Assembly (NCBI RefSeq): GCF_009834535.1
Contig: NC_045696.1
Location: 41,976,001-42,040,000, forward strand
Direction: 5' to 3'
DNA from: Camelus ferus
Taxonomy: Eukaryota
DNA length: 64,000 nt
In this document: positions 55,590 through 64,000 of the stretch, in pieces
How the letters are laid out: the number at the start of each line of letters is the position of its first letter
Numbering within the stretch: the stretch's first letter is position 1
Notes under the pieces: model-generated
Databases searched by the model: none
What the model was told of the DNA's origin: nothing
The model's input: only the letters and a program-made list of their open reading frames with translations
Position numbers and translations under genes: made by a program

Positions 55590-56725
55590 AATCTTTACCT
55601 ACTAATTTATTTAAAAAACTGTATTTTCTAATCTAGAAAAATAGTGAGAAGAGCAGTATTGTTTTACATTTTTGCAAATCTCTTAATGTCTGGCTTTATA
55701 GAAGATAGGGTCTCATGCCTTTTTTTGCATTTAATTTGTTGCAATATGTTGTTCTGGTTGAAGTATATGAAGAAAATCTGTCCTCATACAGATATGTAGT
55801 TGGAAAAGGAAGAAATGTCTTAATAGTTACTTCAGATAATTGTGGATATCCCTTTTTAATAATATACAAAAGTAAGTGATAGTTCCTTAAAGGGTAAATG
55901 CATTGTGGACTCTGAAACCATGTCAGTGGAACTTTTGTACTGATATATTAATATCCGTTGGTCTCTCTTGCACGCTGAATGGATCTTGTACCTAAGTGTG
56001 ACTTTGTAATGTCTCTCGCATTGTTCATTTGAAAATGTTAGTTAATTGAGTTATGCAAATTTTCTAAATGTTGCCACCTTTCATTATATAAGATGGAAAA
56101 AAATCATACTTGTTAATAACATATCACAATTGACCTCATCAAAAACACCCTGAAAATACTGGGAAGCTCGCAGAGCTCAGGGTGTCAGACAGAAGTCTCC
56201 CAAATTCTAATTTTCATTTGAAGGCTTGAGTTTTAACCTTGGGGACAAATACTCTCAGTTGTTTCTTGACATGACAGGTTTACTTTGTTCATTAAAAAAA
56301 TATATCTGACACATACCCAAGTCTGAATAACCACTTTGCCGGTCAAGTAAAATTGGTGATCCATGAAAAACAGTGATTAGGTCAGCTCACAACTCAAACA
56401 GCAATTGGTTAGAACAAATGGCCATGTCATAGCATATCATTCAACCTGATAGACCAAATGCCTTTCCAGATAATCACCATAGAATATTAAAGATACATTT
56501 AAAGCATCAAGTTTTAATAGTTAGTAATTGTTACCATTTCATCTGTGACTTTCTTAAGTGAAACTGGCTTCTCTCTCTCTTTTTTTCCTTTTTCTGCAAA
56601 TGGGCAGTGGTGAAGAAAACAATGCCTACTAGTTCATTTTGTTGCCATTTGCTTGATTTGTTGTAAGGCATAAAAGTAACGGCAGGTTTACTAACAGTTA
56701 CTTTTATATCATCAGTGCAAATGTC
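55590..56725. mobile_element. Charlie1-like hAT DNA transposon remnant
   Basis: Recognised from tgcatttaatttgttgcaatatgttgttctggttgaagtatatgaagaaaatctg and catcagtgcaaatgtcaac. Ends are approximate. Confidence 0.6.
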
Positions 56726-56760
56726 AACCCAACTGTTCTAGGATAAATGATAAGATTCAA

Positions 56761-56795
<35 letters not shown>

Positions 56796-59699
56796 CAAAA
56801 CAAAAAACCCCCCAAACTTGTATGCTTCAATCACCTCTTGTGTTTGTTGCCAAGCATTCATATAAAAGATCTTTGATGATTAGCGGGGGCTGACACCTGA
56901 TGAATACAACCAAAATGGCAAGTCCAGACAGGCTGTAGAACTGTCTATCTCTAAGGCAAAAGTGCAGTTCTGCAGAAAAGAGCAGTTTAATGTTTGCAGT
57001 TAAATCCTATGACATTGGAAAGTGGCAGCACCATGGTTTCTTTTGCTGACATCTCATCTAGAAGGCATTCAGCAAGATCAATTCTACCAGGCTTTCTTAT
57101 TCTCTCACCTGTGATGTTTACTTCTACAGCCAATGCAGTACAATAACTTACCCTGTAAGATACTTCACTGGCTTTTTCTCCTTAAGTTTGAAAAGCTGCA
57201 CCAAATAATTTTTGGCTTCTCAAAAGTTCATTACACCTACATTTAAAAAGTCAATTCCTTTTTTAAAACTCTGAATGGTTGGTTTCAGAATGGTATTACA
57301 GCTTAACTGGTACTATAATACTCTGCAGAAATGTTCTATTGTATAAGACACAATAAGGTAAATTATTAACATCTATAAAGCCAAGGGGAAGATAGCGTCA
57401 TTTATATTTTTATTTTTTATTTACAGTTCCTTCCAATTGCTTTGGAATTGGTTTCTTCTTTCCAGTAGTCAGGGAACTCTCTGATGTGTCGTTTTCATCT
57501 TTTTCTGTATCTTTAGATGTAGACAGTGCATCTGAGCCTTGAAATAATGAGTCTTCTGATTTCCCTCTTTAAAGCAAGAGATTGGGCTCCAGACACAGTC
57601 AGATAAGGATTTTAAGCTCTTCTATCTATGATGACCAGTGTAAATTGGGCAAATTCTTAGGGCTCATTTTCCGAATACTGTTTTTGTGGTTCGGAATCTG
57701 GGAGTAGCTTTGGAGGGGGGCGTTTCTAACTCAAGGTTACTCATCCAACTACCTTCAAGATGTTGGTCAGAGCTGCGGTCATCTGAAGGCTGGACATGGA
57801 GCTGGATGATCAGCTTTCAAAATGGCTCACCCACATGGCTGGCAAGTTGGTGCTGGCTGTTGGCTTCAGTGGACTTTTCCAGAGAATCCTCATAACATGC
57901 TTGGCTGTCTCCACAGAGTGGATGTTCTACCATATTTGATTAGAACAATGGCAGTGTCCTATCACTCAGCCAACAGACCAAATTGAGTTTCTATTTCACC
58001 ACTTAAATGAAGCAAAGGACATTTAAAATTTATTTTTGTAGTGCTATTAACAATCATTCTTGACTGTGTGTTGAGGGTTGTGGTCTTTTTAAACAGTATG
58101 ATTGCTTTGACATTTCATAGAAAACTTTAGTTTGAAACATTAATCTGCTGACCATATTTATCTATATTAAGTTCTCCAGAAGCTATGATTTTGAAGTTTG
58201 AATTCTTATATACCAAGTAAAACAGCAAATAATTTTAGGGGAGGATTTATTTTGGAAAAAAAAATTTCCATGAATTTATTTTGATGGCCATCTAAGGCCT
58301 TTATTATACATAAAATATGTTAGTAGGGAGGGGAAAAAAAATCCAAATAGATTTTATCAAGAAAGCCCAATATCTCATTTGGAGTATCTTTTAAGAGATT
58401 TTGGTTTCTGAGGAACTACAATTACTGGAGCCTTATATTTTCTGCAGATACATCAAGGGAGTCGCTTCCTTTCTATTTTTTAAAAAAATTTACCAAACCC
58501 CAAAAATTAGCAGGAGGAAGAGGTGGCAAGAAGTTTCTGGGGCAATACAACACTTGTGAAAAACAAGGAAATACTTACTTTGAAACACCCGCTGGGGTCT
58601 TATACCACCTATTAATACTGAGTGACAATTAAGCTCATTGTCTCCCTCCTTTCCCTCCCTCACTTCTTCCTCCTAAGACCCTAACATTCTACTTCTGATA
58701 TCCCTGGAATCTGAGGCTGGCATCCCTATTTGCATAGTCATCCCGCCCCAAACCATAGCCTTACTGGGGACTCCTTCATTGCTGCCCACCTCCAGCCGAG
58801 TCAGACCTGTGCATTCTGCCCTAGCAATGCTGCCCAGCCTTGTTTTCTTTCCATTTACTTTCCTCTTTCCTGCTGCCTCTGTCCCAGGGTCAGGTCACTT
58901 CTCTTCTGGCCTGGTTTCTGATGGCCTCTGGGCCCCTCAGTCTCATCTCCTCTGAGCAGCTCCAGATTAATTTTGCCTGCCTCAGATTCTTTCATGTTCA
59001 CTCAGTGTTTATTAAACAAAGACCTAGTATCTCAGCCTGTCACTGGAGGTGCTCCACCCGAAGGCACCAAGTTACCTTTTACATTTAATGTTATCGTCTT
59101 CCCTTTGACTATCCTAAAATGGGCTGTAAACTTTTATCCAGCTCTTTTTAAAATTCTTTGCTCATGCTGTTCCCTCTTCCTATATAATACGGTGGATGGA
59201 AATCCCACCCATCCTTTTCAGCCTGTCTCATATGCCACCTTCTCTGCAAAGATATGCCTTATGGCCTCATCTTTCCCTCCACTGGACGTTGTCTTTCTTT
59301 TTAGGATATTCACTGAAGTTTGCACCCCTCCTATTTACTCATAATTGATTTCTTTTAATACAGTATGTGCGTACTTACTTTTCATTCTTACAAGATTATA
59401 ATGTACTTGAAAGGACAGACATAGTCATGTTTTCAATCATGTTTTGTTCCTGCTAACTCCTAGCCACGGTTTTAGCAAGTAATAGAACAATTTAAAAATT
59501 TGTGTAACTCCATGAAAAAAAAAGTACTTAAGACAGGAAAGAGCGAAATTCCCTGTGTTTATCCGACAGTGTAAAGTTATGCAGAATAAAAACTACATAT
59601 ATGTAAATACAGACACATACAGGTATTCTATCATTTGGCTAAGACGGCTTTGTCCCGGTATTGAAGGATACAGGGGTGTAGGGCACCGTTCTTACTAAG

Positions 59700-60950
59700 T
59701 TAAGAAGAGACGGGCCCTTAAGAACCTTCCAGAGACGCCTTGGCTGCGGTTGGCAAGAAGCTCCCAGCCAGGGCGGCCGAAGGGATGCGTGGCGCGCACC
59801 TTCCAGCGCTTCCTACTCGGCGGAACCAGGCCGACCAGTTCCCACCGCTGCCTCCCCGCCTCCCCGCCTCCCCGCCTCCTCGCCGCCCTCTGCGAGCCGA
59901 GCCCCACCCCGCGCGCACTCTTCCCGGGTGCCCAGGCCGGAGTGCGCCCAGGCAGGGCGGGCCCCGGCATCTCTCGGCGGGCGACCGGGCCGGGGGCCGG
60001 GAGGCCACGCCGTGTCGGGGTTTCTAGGTGAAGGGCGAGAAAACAACCGGCCGGTCTGGGCGGAGCCGGGCGGGCGGGGCGAGGGCGGAGGGCATATTGC
60101 CTCATCCTGTACATTTTACTGGAAACGGGGCGCATCCGGAGGAGGGGCCGGGAGGCCGCCCAGACGCCGCCAATGGCCCGGCCGGGCGCGGTGGAGGCCG
60201 CCGAGGCGGGGGCCCCTTCTCCCCGCCCCTGGCCTCGAAGGCCGGTTTAAATAGTCGTGCAGCCCCGGGCCGCGCCCGTGCCCGCGCCGTCCTCCCGCCG
60301 GTAGGTCCCTGAGTCCATCGCAGCCGCAGCCGCAGCCGCAGCCGGGAGGCAGCCGCGCGCAGCAAGCCGGTGGCACAGGTGTTGGGGTCCCGGAGCGCCT
60401 AGCCCGGGAGCATGATCGTGGACAAACTGCTGGACGACAGCCGCGGCGGAGAGGGGCTGCTGGACGCGGCCGGCGACTGCGGCCTCATGACCAGCCCGCT
60501 CAACCTGGCCTACTTCTACAACGCGTCGCCGCCCGCCGCCGCGCCCGGCGCCTGCGACGCCAGCTGCTCGTCGTCCGGGCCCTCGGCGCCCGGCTCGCCC
60601 GGCTCCGACTCCTCCGACTTCTCCGTCTCGTCCGCATCCTCCTGCGGGGCGGTCGAGTCGCGGCCGAGAGGCGGCGCCCGTTCCGAGCGGCTGCAAGGTA
60701 CCCACCCCCCCGGGCGGGGGCAGCCCTCACGGAGGGGACGGGGGTCTGTGCCGCCCAGATGTGAAGTGCTTCGGCCAGATGTTAGGTGGCCCCTGCGCCC
60801 GCCTTATGGCTAAACATCACACTAGCCATCAATATTAGGTCGCGACCGGACGCCGGCCCAGTGCTGGGCGTGTGATAGCCCTCCGTGCCCTTTGACCGTC
60901 TGAGTCCTGGGCGCCATCAGCTGCCCTCGTAGCTTGAAACGCACAGTTCT
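59700..60950 (+). promoter_or_regulatory. NFKBIZ: CpG island / NFKBIZ proximal promoter
   Basis: Very GC- and CpG-rich. Contains (GCCTCCCC)3 at 59850-59873, GC boxes, STAT-type TTACTGGAA at 60116-60124, CCAAT at 60170-60174, TATA-like TTTAAATA at ~60246-60253 and (GCAGCC)4 at 60320-60343. Confidence 0.9.
60412..60697 (+). CDS. NFKBIZ: NF-kappa-B inhibitor zeta, first coding exon (long isoform)
   Basis: MIVDKLLDDSRGGEGLLDAAGDCGLMTSPLNLAYFY...ERLQ. Donor G|gtaccc at 60697/60698. 286 nt, phase 1. Confidence 0.96.
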
Positions 60951-62843
60951 GACTTCTGGGGAGGGGGCGGGAATGGCCCACGTTCGATTTTCTCTTTTCT
61001 TCTTTCTTGTTTTAAAAACCACCTTTATTAAGTTATAAATCACAGACTGTGGCGAGATTTTGCATCTGATGTAGGTGTAACTTTTTCTTGTGGCTGTTTT
61101 AGTGAACGGCTGTAGCTGGCCATAAGGGTTTCAAGTACTGTTTCAAGTCATGATTTATTTCTTCCTAAGTAGGTACTTGTGGAAATTTTAAATAAAACGA
61201 CTTAATCTTAAAGAAAGGAAACCGATATTATCAAGATGTAAGGTGAAGCTGGACTGAAAACTAGTTTACACCTTAAGTTTGACTTTTCCGAAGTCTGCCC
61301 AGAATTTCTGCGGTCTTTTTTTTTCTTGTTTTATGTACTTTAGAATGGTTAGGCCGTATCTGACAAGGAAAAAGTGTATCGTTTCCTTTATTCGGCTGTG
61401 AATTGTTAGTTTCTTTTCTTAATGAACTGAGTGGCCTAATTGGGAAAAACAGGATGCCACTGTGGGTAAGAACGTTTAGATAATCTCAAATGTTGGAAAA
61501 TCTAATTAGAGTGATTTTAAAGATCGTTCTCTTTTGGGTATTCCCCACTGCTAAGCCACTCTCGTTTTGGTTATGTTTTATTTTAAAATGTGATTTTTCA
61601 CTTTCATTTAAAAAGGTGGTTTAAACCAGTCAGTTGTACAACACACTCTCTGTATGTTAAACGTGTAGCAAATACAAAAATTGTGTATATGTGGGTGTGT
61701 ACTTAAAACGTTTTTTTCTCCACATTTGGCCTTCATCTGGCCGAAAGTATTTTGCTAGTTCTTTGGTTTACCGTAGGGGATTTCTGAAACTGCATTTTTC
61801 TCTGTGACATTGAATTATTAAATAGCTGTCATTCCCGAGAAATGCTGTGTTAGATTCTGGCAAGATATTCCTAAACTTAAACATAAAACCAACTAGTTGT
61901 TTAATTTGCCCTATCATTGAGTTGCTTCTCTCATATATTAATGATATATATGTTCAAATTATGCCTTGTTGTTTTGGCCCATCTTAGCTTTTCCCCTCTC
62001 AAAGGAGTTGCTAAATTATTCATTTCCTGACTCTTTGTGTGTTTACTTTGTGCTCAACTTGTCCCGAGAGGTTGTGACACAGTAGTGGTCAGAGTGGAAT
62101 GCTGTACTACTCATTGACTCCATTTTAAAGTGTATTTTAAAGCTTCAATATGAAAGAAGATTATTTCCTTTTTACTTAGAAGGCCTATGTGAGCAATTCC
62201 AAAAGCAGTCGGTGAGGGGAAATCCTGTGTGTGTACGCGGAAATGTGTTAAGCTCAGTGAATTTAAGCAGCTTTCTTGGCATAGCTGAACTGAGGGAACT
62301 AATAAGAAACTAACACATTGTTCATTGTTAGGCTTTGGTACATTGAGATCTTTGGAAGTTTGTTTTGTGCCTTCTTAGGTGAGTGGAATTGATAGACTTT
62401 AAAATTTCTCTGTGGACATAAAGCCTTTGGTTTGAAAAGCTAAAAGTTCATCATTTATCCCTTGCTCCCCCAAGGTTTTTCAAATGTCAAGAATAACTAT
62501 AGATTTATGAGAGTTAGCGTGGCAAAATCTATGATCCTGTCTCGTGGGTGGATGGGGCTGAGAGACAGAGACTTAATTTGGGTTTAACTGTTGGCTCTGG
62601 GGACCCCCCCAAACCGTGTTTTTATGAGCTTTAATTCCTTACAGTGCCTGCTGGGGAAAGGTTTCAGGCAACATCGTCCCCTTAAGTAGGGCTGAGGCCT
62701 GACAGGCAAGGTCATGTTGGAAAGACTTTGCAGTCTGTTGGTCGGAGACTTTGTTACGTTAGACGGCCATGCTTTTGAGGTTATTAAGATTGGTGTCCAT
62801 GAAGAGACTTAATTGAAATACGTTTTTGTTTTCTTTTGAACAG

Positions 62844-62983
62844 TTGAGCCCCATATGGGGGTTGGAAGGCAGCAAAGAGGACCCTTTCAAGGTGTTCGTG
62901 TGAAGAACTCAGTGAAGGAACTCCTGCTGCACATCCGAAGTCATAAACAGAAGGCCTCTGGCCAAGCCAGTGATGACTTCAAG
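62844..62983 (+). CDS. NFKBIZ: NFKBIZ coding exon 2 (short-isoform ATG at 62855; OCA-like motif)
   Basis: Acceptor ttttgaacag|TT. Encodes (V)EPHMGVGRQQRGPFQGVRVKNSVKELLLHIRSHKQKASGQASDDFK. Donor AAG|gtggca. 140 nt. Confidence 0.96.
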
Positions 62984-63472
62984 GTGGCACCTAACTTTTT
63001 TGTTTTGGGTTGGGGATCAGGGAGGTTAGTCTGTCAGGATTATTACTCTCTGCTCACATAGGTCCAGTAAGTCTTTTGTAGACCAGAAAGAGAGCCTGTT
63101 TGTTTTCCTGTCTCCAATATTCCTGTCACTTAGCTAGGTACTTGGCAGATGTGCAAGAGAAATTTAATGAATGAATAAGTGAAGGTAAATTGGGGGCAAG
63201 GGGATTAATAGGGTTCAATTAAAACGGAGCATTTTTATTAGAAAGGGGAAACTCAAAGGGCCTTATTAATTTTGAACTAAGATGAAAAGTGAAAATAGGG
63301 GAAGTTGCAAGATAGGATGGAAATTAACATAGAAAATAAATATTGCTAGAATGGCTGTATCAAGGTTTATGGTGAGCTATAAAGAATGGTAGCGATAAGT
63401 CTATTTATTGGTATATATTAATCAGGAAACCATTTAATATACACTAAATTGGAAACTTTTTTTTCCTTATAG

Positions 63473-63503
63473 GCACAGGGTGTGAACAGAGAGCAATTCA
63501 CAG
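63473..63503 (+). CDS. NFKBIZ: NFKBIZ coding exon 3 (31 nt)
   Basis: Acceptor ttttccttatag|GCA. Encodes AQGVNREQFT. Donor G|gtaaga. Phases are consistent. Confidence 0.9.
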
Positions 63504-63625
63504 GTAAGAGTTACTTCTATTTATAATATTATGGGGGCTTTCGGGTAAAATAATGTAGTTTGACTATGGGTAAAAATTTGTAAAATAAAATGCTCACAGA
63601 TTTCATTTCTTCTTCTTGGGTACAG

Positions 63626-63729
63626 AATTGAAGAACACAGTATCATATAGTGGAAAAAGGAAAGGACCTGACTCACTGTCTGATGGACCAGTTTGCAAAA
63701 GATCAACTTTTTTACATACCCAGTTTTTG
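63626..63729 (+). CDS. NFKBIZ: NFKBIZ coding exon 4 (nuclear localisation signal)
   Basis: Acceptor tacag|AA. Encodes (E)LKNTVSYSGKRKGPDSLSDGPVCKRSTFLHTQFL. Donor TTG|gtatgt. 104 nt. Confidence 0.92.
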
Positions 63730-63826
63730 GTATGTATTTAACTGTTTTCTTCTGGATGCCCTTTGGCAGTTATTTCTGGAATGATTTTGAAAGGGAGTAT
63801 GCAATTTACTTTTCCTGCCTTTCCAG

Positions 63827-64000
63827 ACACCACCTCAAACACCCACACCCGCAGAGAGCATGGAAGATGTTCATCACAATGAATCCAAACAGGAGAGCAG
63901 TGCCGATCTGCTTCAGAACATTATCAACATTAAGAATGAATGCAGCCCGGTGTCCCTGAATACTGTCCAAGTTAGTTGGATGAGCCCTGTGGGGGTCCCT
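63827..64000 (+). CDS. NFKBIZ: NFKBIZ coding exon 5 (partial, runs off the window)
   Basis: Acceptor cctttccag|ACA. Encodes TPPQTPTPAESMEDVHHNESKQESSADLLQNIINIKNECSPVSLNTVQVSWMSPVGVP, open to the window end. Confidence 0.93.

Noticed and set aside
59695..60730. Many overlapping Arg/Gly/Pro/Ala-rich ORFs on both strands
   Set aside because: Expected from stop-codon scarcity in a CpG island. Only the frame starting at 60412 matches a known protein.

Overview
Mammalian genomic DNA, probably from a camelid (camel, alpaca or llama), judged from Vic-1-like tRNA-derived SINEs. It carries the conserved NXPE3 -> NFKBIZ gene pair, both on the + strand. NXPE3 has five coding exons (1985-2077, 15835-16590, 20313-20386, 27884-28090, 30616-31166), all with canonical GT-AG sites. 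The spliced CDS is 1681 nt because of one extra base at about 15930-15931, which gives a premature TGA at 15937-15939. This is either a very recent null allele or a consensus artefact. NFKBIZ (IkB-zeta) shows a distal TATA/kB promoter with two non-coding exons (about 41015-41211 and 42594-42661), a proximal CpG-island promoter, and five coding exons from 60412 running off the window end. Much of the rest is transposable-element debris: L1s with TSDs, a three-level nest of LTRs, a rearranged ERV1 remnant, MaLR LTRs, DNA transposons, SINEs, a truncated U2 retrocopy and a ~200-bp local duplication fused to an L1 end. I found no convincing new biological system. Repeat family names and comparisons with human proteins are from memory and were not searched.
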